A stretch of 63,064 nt of DNA, filler included, from Olpidium bornovanus S191 (lineage: Eukaryota; Fungi; Olpidiomycota), in the NCBI GenBank assembly GCA_017911155.1. It is 26 parts of 26 records of this genome, joined end to end, with 100 filler letters (N's around TTAATTAATTAA, not from the genome) between each part and the next. Parts side by side here need not be neighbours in the genome. Positions count along the whole stretch, not along the records: positions 10,065 to 12,208 come from JAEFCI010003931.1; positions 12,309 to 16,657 come from JAEFCI010004106.1; positions 16,758 to 18,808 come from JAEFCI010010794.1; positions 18,909 to 21,210 come from JAEFCI010006584.1; positions 21,311 to 23,567 come from JAEFCI010004910.1; positions 23,668 to 25,475 come from JAEFCI010003799.1; 20 more parts are not named here. One strand, 5' to 3'. This document shows positions 11,272-23,713 of this stretch, in pieces; the first letter of the stretch is position 1; every line of letters starts with the position of its first letter. The notes beneath the pieces were generated by a model, which made no database searches, had not been told where the DNA came from, and saw only the letters and a list, made by a program, of their open reading frames with translations. Both the position numbers and the translations under genes were made by a program.

Positions 11272-12126
11272 TCACGCTGCGTCTTCGAACGACCCTTGTC
11301 CGGCTTTCGACGTGGAAACGGTCTGGCCCCCGCTGACCATGAGGTTCGCGTTGCCAATGACCGTAAGGATTCCCGCCAGCGACGACCGCCAAACGTGCAA
11401 CTTGGCACTCAGCTCCTCCCACTCCGACCGCCCGAAGGTACGGTATGTCGATCGGCTGTCCGGTCGCCAGTTCGCGAAATGACGTCAGTGGGATTGCAGA
11501 GAATGCAGATAATCGAAATTGGAGAACCGTTGGGTACCTTATGGTTACGGTTTGGTTAAGCTGGTTCATCTTCGCCTCCACAAGACCTTCCCGGATTCCT
11601 TTGAATAACAGAGTGCCGGCAAATTCTTTTTGTTAGAGGCCGAAAGAAATCCAATCGTCCAAACGTCGCCATCGTACCGTACGACGTTCGAAACGCCCAC
11701 ATACCGTCTATGATCCAGAATTCCGTCTCGTCCTCGTCGATTTGCAGCACCTCTGCAACTTTAGCGTACGGCAGCTCCTCACTGATGTGCTTGGTGCCCA
11801 AGGCAGCGAGAGTGAGCAGTCTCATCTTCCTGAGGGTGCCCTCGCCAGTCACCGCCGCGCCTTCCTTCGACTTCGCCAACTCGTGGTAGGCCTGTAGATC
11901 GCTCTGCAGGAAAACCCGAACCAGCGCGTGCAGCGCAGCGTCTTGGCCCTCCTTGCTGCCCTGCAAGTGTTGCACGGCAGGCAGGGTGAAGATTTCCTCA
12001 AATTCAACGATGCCCGGTGTTGAAACGGCGAGAGTGACTCCCCGCCGAGCCACCGGGAGGGCGGACGCCACGCTGGCGTCGTCATACGATCGCAGGTGTT
12101 TCACAAGGATGTTGTAGGCGTCTTTG
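11272..12126 (-). CDS. EIF3M: Translation initiation factor 3 subunit M (PCI domain), 5'-partial
   Basis: RKMRLLTLAALG...LPYAKVAEVLQI...EFWIID, EAKMNQLNQTV, RSTYRTFGRSEWEELSAKLHVW; stop at 11272. Confidence 0.88.
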
Positions 12127-12308
12127 CTGCGGGTTTAGGAAAATAAGGGAAAAAAAGGTCGAACGTTGGGAATACGACGCAGAGCAGTCAGTCAGCAGTT
12201 GTCATGAANNNNNNNNNNNNNNNNNNNNNNNNNNNNNNNNNNNNNNNNNNNNTTAATTAATTAANNNNNNNNNNNNNNNNNNNNNNNNNNNNNNNNNNNN
12301 NNNNNNNN

Positions 12309-13329
12309 CGTCCAGATCAGGTACCATGGGTAGGACACGGCTTTTAGCGTCAGTTGGCAGTCCTTTGTGGAATCTTCCTGCCCAGAGTGCTTCATCTCGG
12401 GGCGTGGGTAGTTGCATGTACAGCGTGTTGAAGGCTTCGACGTATTTGTCTAAGTTGTCCTCGCAGTTGGCCTGCGTCAATTCCAAAAGGGCATCCTTGA
12501 TTCCCCGAAGGTGTTCCTTCGGGTAGTACTGGGCGGTGAGCGCGTTGCGCAGTTGCTCCCATGTTTTCCAGCGTCCAGGATGGCGTCTGTCGTACTGTGT
12601 CATATGAGAGAGCCACATGATGCTTGCCTGGCCTGTCAGGCGGTTTGTGGCCATGGCCAGTGCATCTTCTTCGTCCAGGCCAGGCCGCTCGACTGCGGAC
12701 TCCAACTTCGCGATGAAGTTTGCAAGGGAGGTAGCTCCACCTGTCCCTGAGAACGTCGGGATGGCCGCCAGTAGCGTGCGTCCGACGTTGCTTTTCCTTC
12801 TGACCGGAGGCTCGTTGTCGCTTTTGCCACTATCACTGGCGCTTGTATGTTGTCCTTGTTCTCCCGTGTCTTGGGTGACAAGCTCCTCAATTGTTCTCTG
12901 GTAGCTTTGGTCTTGCCTCGACAGGGTTTCCACCTGCTGCCGCAACGTCCGTATCTCCGCGTCGGCGTCCATGGCTCGCCGTTCCTCTCCTCGACGCTCC
13001 ACCTCCTGTCGGTCCTTCTCCCTTTGGAGCATGACAGAGTCCACCACGCGTCGTGAGTGCACTGACAGCCTTGACATTCCTAGCAGCCTTGACGTCCCTG
13101 ACGCCCTTGAGTTCCTTGAAAGGGTGGACCCTCTGGGGCTGCTGCGGTCGCCCGTCGTTGCCGCGTTTCGGCTCGGAGGCCGGTCCCCTCCCGTTGTGGT
13201 GTAATAGGCATGCGCTCTGTCCTCTTCTTTCGTCGCGGACGTCTCCTGAAAAGTTCTCGGCATGCCGTATGCGTACCGTCGCTGTCCTTCCAGCACTGCG
13301 CTCGCGCTCAGCGTGTGGGTGCCCTCCAT
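12309..13329 (-). mobile_element. Retrotransposon gag ORF with a Ty3-type capsid, intact up to the gap
   Basis: PTFSG...NFIAKLE...RLTGQASIMW...TWEQLRNAL...YYP...LLELTQ...YVEAFNTL...RFHKGLP pattern. Confidence 0.88.
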
Positions 13330-13393
13330 GGTTCTTCCGCGAATGAAGAGGAGCTTCTCTTCTTCTTCTGCGTTGGCGGGGAGTCTGTGGTTT

Positions 13394-13405
13394 GGGCTCA
13401 TACCC
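13394..13405 (-). promoter_or_regulatory. Primer-binding site GGGTATGAGCCC (half-tRNAiMet type, 1 mismatch)
   Basis: Lies immediately after the LTR end. Complementary to the GGGCTCATAACC anticodon region of fungal tRNAiMet, as used by Ty5/copia. Confidence 0.8.
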
Positions 13406-13622
13406 TGTTGTATCCAGGAGCCGAAAAGGGGAGAGCGCCGTCACGGAGGCGAGGAGAGCTCGCAGCGAGAGGGAGAAGAACGAAGAAGTGTATTCGGGGC
13501 ATGGCGCCGCTATTCTGCCTAGGCTTGTTTTGTATGGCGGAGAGCTAGGGACTCTACAAAGGGGCAACAGGGGCTGGTGCGCGCAGTGCGCCGGGAGCTC
13601 GCCTCCCCCTTTATTCCCAACA
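13406..13622 (-). mobile_element. 5' LTR ('LTR-A'), 217 bp
   Basis: TGTTG...CAACA termini, adjacent PBS, and core TGTTGCCCCTTTGTAGA.T.CCTAGCT..CCGCCATA.AAAA shared with LTR-B. Confidence 0.85.
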
Positions 13623-13635
13623 CAAAGCCCCCCCA

Positions 13636-13678
<43 letters not shown>

Positions 13679-13966
13679 CGCCGCCCGGCGTGGCGTTTCC
13701 GACAGCCACCTCCGCCGGAATATCTTTTTTTTTTTTTTTCTTTCTTTCTTTCTTTCTTTTTGGGAAAGGTTCGCGTTTCGCCAAAACAAGAGTACTGCTC
13801 TCTCTCTCTCCGCCTTCCGGCGTTTCTCAGGCCCGCGGCGGACCGCCCGCGGCCGGCAGCCGTTTCCGGACCCGGGCCTCGGGCGCCTTCGTGAAGCGGG
13901 GCAGTTGGGGGGCGCCGCCGTCAGGGAAGAGCGGTCCGCTTCCCGGCCGCCCGCCGAGCGCAGATC

Positions 13967-16656
13967 ATGTCCGACCGCGGTCGAGGAGCGCCGAGCGCGC
14001 ACGAACACGTCACCGCGGAAGTCGAGGCCGCCGAGTTCTCGCCGGAGGCGTCGAGGACCTCGCGCCGCCTGCGGCCGGCGTCGTCGCGCTCCCGCTCCAG
14101 CCTGCGCGGCGACAGCAAGATCGGCAAAACCAGGAGCCGACTGCAGAAATCTCCCCGGGGCCGCCTGGAGACGTGGAACGGCGGAACCTCCTCGCCCTCG
14201 GCGGTGGACGACGCGGGAGACGCCGGTCGCGGTGTCAGCGGGGAAGTCGTCCCGTACCACCCGGAATGGGCCGTCATCCTGTAAGGAGAAGCTTTTGCGC
14301 CGCCGCGAGACCAACTCCTGCTCCACCCGACCGTCCGCCGGCTGACTCCGCTTTGTCCTCAGGCGAGACGAACCGTCGGGACAGCTCGTTCTCTACAACG
14401 CGGAAAACAAGACGGTTGCGGTCAGGCGCTCGCCTTCCCGACGGCCTTCGGACGCGCCGGTATGATTCTTCGCTCTTCGCTCGCACTCTTAGCTGCGCGG
14501 GTTCTCTGATCTGCCGCGGGGCCCGTTTTGTTCTTGAAGGTTTCGGGTCCCGGTGTTTGTGCCCTTTGCCGCAGGCCGTACGGACCGAACGCAACCTCGC
14601 AGGTGTGTCGAGGCGTGCAGGTTCATCCAGGTTCATGGGAAGGGGGGGGGGAGGGGCGCGTCCGGGAACGTGTGGAACTTGCACCCCTTGTCAGGCTAAC
14701 GCAGGTATTCGTGACAGCGCCAGAACGCGAATTTTATGGATGCGAACTATTTCCGTCTGCTTGCCATCTCGACACAAGCTCAGGACAACAAGACTCCGCC
14801 CGCTTTGCCCGGTGGCGAACACCCGCACCCGCAATTCAGCCGCCCGGATGCGGATGTGACGGACACCGGAGGCGACTCGGCAGACCACGTGTCGGAAGGT
14901 TCCTTCAACCAGGGATACTACCAGCGGTTTTTCAACGAAGGGCCGAAACTTGGCAAAGGTCTGCGTGGGTCAGTGTTCCGGTGCCAGGTGAGGCTGCCGC
15001 CGCCGGAGGCGCCTAGGCCAGTCAATCCAGCTCTTCGCGCGGCGTCGGAGTTCACGCGCCTGATTCATCGACGTCGTCGTCGTTATGCGTGCCCAGCATG
15101 TTCTCGACGGAATACCGCTGGGCGAGTACGCGGTCAAGAAGGTCGCGGTTGGTAAGCGTACTTTCACTCGGCGTACGAGGCCGTTTTATCGCCGAATCAG
15201 AGATCTCTCATAGACGACAGTTCGACTAATAGGTTATGTTCGTGGTGCGCGCCGGCAGGTGATAACCACACGTGGCTCGCGAGAATGCTGAAAGAAGTTC
15301 ACCTGCTTGGCCAATTCCACCATAACAACATCATCGACTACAAACACGCCTGGCTGGAGCACCACAAGCTGACGAATTTCGGTATGCACGATCCCGCGCG
15401 TAACATCGCCTGGGAGCGAAACTAATCGGCCACCTGCTGTGCGCTCGTCGAACAGGTCCGGAGGTTCCTTGCCTCTTTATTCTGATGGTAACAAAGCCGT
15501 CGTTTTGATGTGCACCTCGATTGGCGCCATCCTTACCCCCAAAGCTGTCCCGTGCTTTAAAAAAAATGTAACAGGAGTGTGCGAACGGGGGAAATTTGGA
15601 GGAGTACATCAACCAAGGCTTCGGTGAATCCTTCGGCGGCGAACGGGAACTCAGGCGGCCTCAGTCGGCGAAGGATTACGCGATTCACGAGAAAGAACGG
15701 CGGCGAAGGCGCCGGCTTCCCTTCTGGGACTCTGGCCTGCGGGATCCGGAACCGTCCCCGAGCGCGGCAGGTCGTCTGAACGAGTCCGGCGGCCGCTTGC
15801 TCTCCATCGACCATATCTTGTCTTTCTTTATCGACATCGCCGAAGGTCTGTCACATCTTCACCGGCACGGCATCATACATCGCGACCTGAAGCCGCCCAA
15901 TCTCCTGCTCAATTTCAAGGACACCTCCGACCCGGACGAAATGCACGTTTTGGCGCTCCCGCCCGTGTCGCAATCGTGGCGGTTTTTGTGCCCGCTTTGC
16001 TTCTTGAAGGTACCAGATTTTCGAACGGGCTTCGCGCGCACGACGCTCACCTCGGTCCACTTTCGCCTGCGCAGCCCGACCGTCCTGCTGTCGGATTTCG
16101 GGGAATGCGAGGTACTCGCGCAGCTGACCAACCGGCACCGAACCGGCGCGACGGGAACCCTGGAATTTATCGCCCCGGAATTGGTTAAAGGTCCGGCCGA
16201 ACTGCGATTTCCTCGCCTTGGCGAGCTCGTCCACCGCCAAAAACGGGGCTTCTGACGCCACGGAGGGGCGGCAGTGGACAAGCAGGGGAAGTATCTTCCG
16301 GAATACAGTCACAAGGCGGACATGTGGTCCCTGGGAATACTGCTCTACTATCTCTGTTTCTCGAAACTGCCGTACCAGCAGACGGACGACGTCGATGCGC
16401 TCAAGGAGGAGATCCTGCAGTTCTCAAAGTGAGTAGGCCTCGTAAATCAGCACGGCCTACACGGCAGATTGGACTTTACAGCGCGTTCCACCCCCCGCTG
16501 ACCACCTTATTCGCGTGTTCTCGAAGGGTCGACTTCCCAGATGAAAACGAACGTGAGCCGGGTCTCGCCCCGCGCGTACTCCAGGAGCTCAAGGACCTAA
16601 TTACCGTCTTACTCAAGCCTGACGCGGCCTCCCGGCCGTCGGTGGACGACATCATG
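13967..16656 (+). CDS. IKS1: IKS1-family Ser/Thr protein kinase, 3'-partial
   Basis: WAVILRDEPSGQLVLYN, FMDANYFRLL, SFNQGYYQRFF...LGKGLRGSVFRCQHVLDG, YAVKKVAVGDNHTWL, HRDLKPPNLL, LLSDFGECE, TGATGTLEFIAPEL, KADMWSLG. Confidence 0.92.
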
Positions 16657-17242
16657 ANNNNNNNNNNNNNNNNNNNNNNNNNNNNNNNNNNNNNNNNNNN
16701 NTTAATTAATTAANNNNNNNNNNNNNNNNNNNNNNNNNNNNNNNNNNNNNNNNNNNNCCACAAGCCCGCAAGGGATAAAAATTTGCGAGCAAGCGGTCGC
16801 AATGACCAAAAAAAAGCATCGTCGACGCTGGAGCAATGTTGCTGATACTCGGGCAACGGGGCGCGACTGGCTTTCATGCCTCTGTTCGTAACGAGAATAT
16901 CCCTCAGTCAAAAACGTCGACGCCTACGGCCACCGCTAACGGAAGCCCCCAGAATTGTGGTGACAAATGGCAAAAGTCACCCACTTTTCTGCTTCTTCTT
17001 TTTCTCCGAATGCTCTCCCTTTTTTCCCCTCTTTGTATCTGCCCGTACAGACCCAAGCAATGCGTAATTGACATCTGCTTAATACAATCCTGCAAACAGC
17101 TCACTACGAGCGCATGGGACGCACTACCTTTCTGTGGAGAAGTCGGGTTTTCCTGGACAAATGTTCAAATGGGTATCCATGATCACATCCGGGCAACGAA
17201 TAGGAAACGCCCGAATTTCGAATCAACCGGAGGAAACCACAA

Positions 17243-18667
17243 TCAACTCACCACAAAGGATAGGGCCTCTTCCACAGTCGCAAGCGTCAGTGCCATTCTG
17301 CTCCCCGGAGGTGCGGGAGCCGTTGATGTCTCTCCTGTGAACGACAAGGGGTTCTCTGGGCCCCTTTCACCTTCGACTTCCCGGTCACGGAGCGTTTCGG
17401 CAATTCGCGAGGCGTTCAGGATAAGGTGATCAACGCGAGTGCGGAATCCAAGAAGCTCTGTTTCTGTCTGTGAAATTTCCGCCGAATCAACGGCATCCGT
17501 TACGACGGGGTCACAGGGGTCGCCTTTCTCTCCAATTGACGGAGATAAGGGCTGCTCATCTGAAGATAGGCTACCGTGATCTGACCTCGACCTGGTTAGT
17601 GGGATATGATGAAGAGACAACTCGCAGGGCATCTGAACAAACAGGCACCTACCGTCCTCGTCCACGTCCGTTTTCCACGTGTACCCTATCGCCGGATGGA
17701 ACCGCACGTGCTTTGTGGCCTCGTTAAAAGCAGATCGTAGATGGTATAGACTCGTCAACTGATGAAGTTCGCCATGTTCAAATTAGCCCACAACAGTGAC
17801 ATTACGTCAACACATGTTTGGATTTCTCCGTCTGGACGAACCATTCGGTTGGCAATGATTGAATAAAGATCCGGCGCCTGATGTACAACGCTATCCAGTA
17901 TGTAATACGCCTCCACGGGGACAGCTGAGCAGGTTTAAGACGGCGGGTGTCCAACAAGGAAAATAGCCAGGTTAATCCTTGGCAATGCACAAGGCGAGTT
18001 CGCCACTCTGGGACGGACCTTCGGTTGGGCTTCTTCTCCGCTGTTTCAATATGATGAAAAACATTGGCCATCGTTCGTAAACGAGCTCGAATTCGATTCC
18101 CGTCATTGCTCTGTGTACAAGATACACGTGACGGTGTCAGAGGGTCATTCGCACGGTGGCCAGCAGATCCCCCGTCGACGCCACGCTTAGGCTTCCTTAC
18201 CTACTTGAGGTTCAAGTTGGCAGCTTGCAGCGCGTTGAATTGCGTCTGCATTCTAAGCGTAGCGTTATTAGAAGTGTTGTCCCAGAAAGGCGATTCACTG
18301 GAAGCGAGGGGAAGGGGGGGGGGGGGGGGGACTGCGACGTCAGAAACCGACATGCAACGGCACCGGCAGCGCAAGCGGACCACAACGTCGCCCGGAGGGT
18401 GAAACGGTTCCGGCGTCGCGCCACGTACTTTCCCGTGGAGCGTGAGGGAGCACCGAGTCAATCATACCTGAAGTAGTCCATGACGTTGTCGGGGTTGAGA
18501 CCACCGTGGAACTGTAGAAGTTGCGGGCCACGCCGACAGGGTCGGCGAGATAGCTGGACATCATTCGCTCCTCTCTCCCGCAAACGTCTGGAAAACGAGC
18601 CGCGCCGACGCACCGTGATCCACTCCGGAAAGTGCCACGTAATTCCCGCCGTAATCTCTTCGGCCAT
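17243..18667 (-). CDS. MED6: Mediator subunit MED6; 3' end uncertain, may splice beyond 17250
   Basis: Spliced ITWHFPEWIT-FHGGLNPDNVMDYFS-ESPFWDNTSNNATLRMQ...MTGIEFEL...FIILKQRRRSP...AYYILDSVVHQAPDLYSIIANRM-LTSLYHL...RFHPAIGYTW. Confidence 0.92.
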
Positions 18668-18908
18668 TTTTTTTTTTTTTTTTTTCTTCTTCTTCCTCCA
18701 CGCCAGAGAATCGACGGTCGGCCGCGGGGTGGGTCGTTCCCGTCGGGTGCGGCGTGGGGCCTTCGGAGCCTTTCCGCCGGGCGCTTTTTCGGTGGGGTGG
18801 GGAGGGGGNNNNNNNNNNNNNNNNNNNNNNNNNNNNNNNNNNNNNNNNNNNNTTAATTAATTAANNNNNNNNNNNNNNNNNNNNNNNNNNNNNNNNNNNN
18901 NNNNNNNN

Positions 18909-20476
18909 CATGGTGACAACTTACGTAAACCGCAGGCGTTACACAACGTCCGGGCTCCGTCAGGTCCGCGCCGCCATTCAGGTGTTTCCGAGACGTTGCA
19001 GGAGTGACAACTACCGGTTCCACCGGCATTTCCCCCTTTCTGGTATCGTGGGCGCGCAGGAGTCAATGGTACGGCAGCGCCGACGATTCCCGGGGGCCAG
19101 CCCCGAACGTGTGTAGCGTCCGCGAAGTCGACCGAAACTCACTCTGCGCTTTCGGTACTTCGGTTTCGACTGTTTGTCTCGTTCCGCGGCGGTGCCAGCC
19201 GACACGGCGCCTTCACCCTTAGTATGTCGTGCAGTGCCTCCGTCGCTGTCGGCGGCGCACGGATTGGCCGTCGGGACGACCGGGGCAGGGTATCCGCCTA
19301 GCGCGGCCAGCGTCCGCAGGACATCGTGCGCCCGCAAGATCAGGTCCCGTACCTCAAACTCGTCCAGCGGAGGCAAAGGGCGGGTACTGATTTGGCACGC
19401 CTCGTCGCTCATCCCGACCGCAAACCTCGCGATGACGGTGCAGTTCTCGTATATCTGCTCGCCGCGACCCGGAACGTGAGTTAAAGAAATTTGTGCGTAG
19501 GGACAGCGGGATCAACGAAAGGGCGAGAACAAACCCGGTCGAAGTCTGCTACTAGCGCGGCAGCTGGCGGGAGACTCGGCCTCCGAACGGGGTGCGCGTA
19601 CTTCTCAGCGCCGAACGCGACGAACGGCGCATTTCTTCCATGAATTCAGCTACAGCTTTCTGAGACACGCGGCACTCTATTCGAATTAAGCGCTTACCCA
19701 GCTCGATATGTCGGGAGAGACCCGTAATAGATGACAGGTGATGAAAATGGCGGATAGCAGGGGTGGTGAGGATGTCCATGAGTGTATGGGTAAAGAAATG
19801 CAGCCTCTTGTGGCACTTGCGGAACGCACAGCCGCACGTCCGTTGCCGAGCCGTCGTGCGGCGGGCCGTAGACACCAGCGCCGTGACCGTACGCGTACGG
19901 CTGCACCGGCGGAAACGTCGGCGAAAGGTCCTCGCAGAGCTTCCAGCGGTCGCGGAGCTTGGCTGCCTTCGGCTGAAAAGCGACGCCCACCGCCGGCTCA
20001 CCCGACGCCAACGCCCAGCCCTCTAAGCGGGCCAGCTGGTCGGACCCATAACCGCGAGGGTGCCACTGCTCCGGCGGCTCTGAATCGGCAACCGATGAAC
20101 CAAACTCGTCTCGGGAAGGATGGTCCTCGCGCAAAACCTGAGCGGAGGGAAACGGCAGCGGTGCAAAATCCAGGCGTTCAGATCTTGGCGGCATCTGCGG
20201 CGGGCACAGCCGCGCCGCCGGCGCTGATTCCGCGGTTTTCGAGGGAGCGGCGGGGAAGTTTCCCGCGGTGTACGTCTCGGGTTTACTCCCGGGTTTATCC
20301 CGAACCCCTTCGCCGGAACGGTTACTGGCGCAGGGCTCCGCCACAGCGTTAACATCATGGTGGGGACGCCGATTCGTGTGGTCTTCCTGCTGTTTCTTTT
20401 CTTCGATTGCCGCACCTGCAGACTTCGCAGGTACGGTAGCGGGCGTCGTGGACGAGCAGAGAAAAGACACGTCCAT
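18909..20476 (-). CDS. GATA zinc-finger transcription factor, NsdD-like, 3'-partial
   Basis: [28 protein letters not shown] preceded by PKYRKRR and a long Pro/Ser/His-rich N-terminus. Start and internal exons are approximate. Confidence 0.85.
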
Positions 20477-21016
20477 CTGTAGCAGAAGGGAGGGGCGCGG
20501 GAAACAAGGGTTCTGTCATTCAAAAACCAAGTTTCGGTGGGCCGGTCGCGTGCGGAGAAGGAGGTAGGAGAGGCGGCGCGACCCGAGCAGCAAAAAAACG
20601 ACGTGAGGTCGCCGTCGATCTCACGGCCGGGTCTCGAGTCCGGCAGGGAGGAGGCCGTATGATCACTCTCTCTCGCTCCGAAAGGGGTACTCCACGGAAG
20701 GTGCACGCGGGGTGCAACGCCGCGCTTCCCCCCACGCCGCGTGGTCCTAAGCCGGCGGTGCGCCCGCTGCCTCGCGCTTCCGGCCCGTCGGCGCGGACGC
20801 CCTTCAGTGTGAGATAAACGCGGCCGCGGGCGTTCCAGTTCTCGTTCCGCTCTCCGCGCAGGCAGGAGCCTCATGCGTGGCCAGCACGAAAGGGCTTTGG
20901 GGCGGTTTCCGGCCGGTCGGGCGGCGGGACCTGCGGCGGCCGCGAGGAGTGGAGGGGTCCAGGGGGGAAGGGGGCGGGGGCGGGGGGGGGGGGGGGCGGG
21001 GGGGGCGGGGGGGGGG

Positions 21017-21091
<75 letters not shown>

Positions 21092-21310
21092 CGGGGAGGG
21101 GGCACCGGGGGAGGAGGAGAGGGGTAACGCAAAACCTCCCGATGACGGCTGGCCCCGCGCTGTATTCCCCAAGTTGTTGCGGCGGGTGGCGGCGGGGCGG
21201 CGGGGCGCGGNNNNNNNNNNNNNNNNNNNNNNNNNNNNNNNNNNNNNNNNNNNNTTAATTAATTAANNNNNNNNNNNNNNNNNNNNNNNNNNNNNNNNNN
21301 NNNNNNNNNN

Positions 21311-22196
21311 CATGCCCACAAATTGGCAGTCGGCGGCAAACTGGACATACTCGTCGTTATCGTGCGGTTCGCGGCGCCTCGGGGGTCGCGCAGCAGGCAC
21401 AGTACGGACAGGTTGGCGCTCCGGCTCGATGCCTATCTCGTCGTGTTCAATGAAGTCGTCGAGATCATCCTCCTGGTAACCTCCAGCACCGGCAACTTCC
21501 GCATCGTCAAACATGTGCGATAGCTCATCGTCGGGAGCGGCGCGTTCTTCGCCTGCCCGGCCCTGTTTAAGGCGCTTAAACTGGCGTGGCAGCACGCGCC
21601 CACGGGTAAGTCCATACGCGCGAGAGTCAGGGAGGGAATGCCGGCCCACTGTGGTCTCTCGCCGGCAACGCACCTCTCGGCGGAACACCTGCCCTGTGTT
21701 CTCCGCCACCAGCTCAAGGTCCTCGTCGAGGTCCTCTTCCTCTGCAGGTTCGGCGAGCGAATGTCAGCGGCAACAGGAGAACGACGCTCCATACCTGCGA
21801 GAAAGAGACCGAGAGGGAAGGGGCAGGGGAAAAAAAGGCGGCCGCACCGTCCACGTCCCGCTTTCTCCGCTTGCGGCGCTTCCGCAGGACGGACGCTCCG
21901 TGCTCGCCGCTTTCTGAGGAGCGGGCAGCGCCGTCCCTGTGCTTTTTTTTTGCGTTCTCGCCGCCGCCGCCGCCCTCTTCGCCGTCGTCGTCGTCGTCGT
22001 CGTTGTCGTCGTCGTCCTCCTCCTCCTCCTCGTCCGCCTCCTCTTCCTCCTCGTCGTCGGCGATGAACCTCCTGTCCTCCTCGTCCATCTCGTCGTCGAG
22101 CTGTTCCTCATCCTCGGTGTCCTCCGGGTCGAGCAGACGGCCGTCGTCGGCGTCCCCCTCCGATCCCGGCCCCGAACGGCCCTCCTCGTCGGACAT
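21311..22196 (-). CDS. SPT6: SPT6 transcription elongation factor, acidic N-terminal fragment
   Basis: MSDEEG..., DRRFIADDEEEE, EEDLDEDLELVAENTG, FKRLKQG, HMFDD...DDLDDFIEHDE. Confidence 0.8.
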
Positions 22197-23713
22197 ATTT
22201 TCTTTTCTTCTCTTCTGTCGCGCCCTGGCGAGGGAGAGGGCGCGCGGGCGAGGGAGAGAGCGCGGCTCGCCGGTCGGGCGGGGCGGCGGCCGGCGAACCC
22301 TCGGTTCCGAACGGGTGCGGGTGCGTGCCCGTCTCGCGTGCGTGTGCGGGCGGTCTGGTGGTCGGGCGGGCGGAAAGGGCGGAAGGCGGGGCGGGCCGGG
22401 GCGGGCGGAAGGGCGCGCGTCCCGGAAATTTTCCCGAACCCGCAAAAAGCAAATCGCCAAATAAAACAGAAAAAAAAAAAAAAAAAAAAAGGGCCTGTTG
22501 GGTTGGAAAGGACTCGCCCCGCCGCAGCACACGGAAATGCTTGCTTTGGACCCTCGTTCCGCACGGGAGCACACCCAGACAAAAGGCCCCAATTTTCCAT
22601 CCGCTCCGCAGGCCTCGCTCTCTTCCGTCTCGTACGCCGTGAAACCAGAAAACTCCACGGGAGCAAGAAGAGCGGGGCTGGTGGGGGCGCAGGGCGGCCG
22701 CGACTAGGCCTTTCCTCCCTTTCCGCGTCCGCGCTCTTTCTGTATTTTCCGGCGGCGCGGAGGTTTTCCTTCCCCCTCTCCCCATTTCGCCGTTCGGGGA
22801 TAATTCCTCCACCACCTCCCGGAAGTGCGACGAGAGGTGGTAAAAAGTACAGAAAGGAACTATCAAGCGCGCCGAGCAGTTTCTCCTGCAAGGCAGGGGG
22901 TGGCCGTCGGCCGGTTTGCGTCCTGCGCAAAATTTCCGGTTCCTTTTTTCTGTTCTCTAAACCAGGGTGTGCAAACGGTTACGCTGCATGGATCATAACC
23001 GGGGAAGGAAACCCAAACGGTCCCCTACCTTCCCTCCCCTCCCACCGACGTCCCATGTTACGTGAACTTTTCACGTTAAGCAACAACTCGGGGAATCGAA
23101 TCAAACGGCCCCTGTGCCTAGCCATTTCCCCTCTTAGTTAAACGCCGTCCAAGAAAAAAAAAAAATGGAAAATAAGAAGCAAAAGGAAAAAGGGCGCACA
23201 CATTTCCGCGATGCTCATGCGCACAGCAACAAGGGACCCGCAGGGCGCATGACTATCAGTCTTGACGCCAGCCGTCCGGATCCTTTTTCACCGAACCGCA
23301 CTACGAAAAAAAAGAAAAAAAAAAAGAGAAAAAACAAGCGGCAAAATGTAAATGCCGCGCACCGTTTTGCTCAAAACGTCCGCGGCGGTTTCAAACCGTG
23401 ATCGCCGTTCATTCAAAACATCAATTCAGTGAAACGCATCCCAGGTGACATAGGGCGTCGAGCGTCGGCGCGGGATGAGCTCCCTCCTTAGCTGAGGCGT
23501 GAAAAGTAAGGGGTCTGAGGTATGCTGAGACTGGAAATTTATTTTCCGGGCCGCCTCCATCCCCCCCNNNNNNNNNNNNNNNNNNNNNNNNNNNNNNNNN
23601 NNNNNNNNNNNTTAATTAATTAANNNNNNNNNNNNNNNNNNNNNNNNNNNNNNNNNNNNNNNNNNNNACATGTATGTGCGAATAAATCAGGGCACCCGCG
23701 AACGTCCGCATAC

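Noticed and set aside
20023-21132. Long poly-Pro/Gly/Lys/Phe ORFs (also 3271-3678, 37960-38709, 61327-62028)
   Set aside because: They are translations of homopolymer runs in introns or intergenic DNA.
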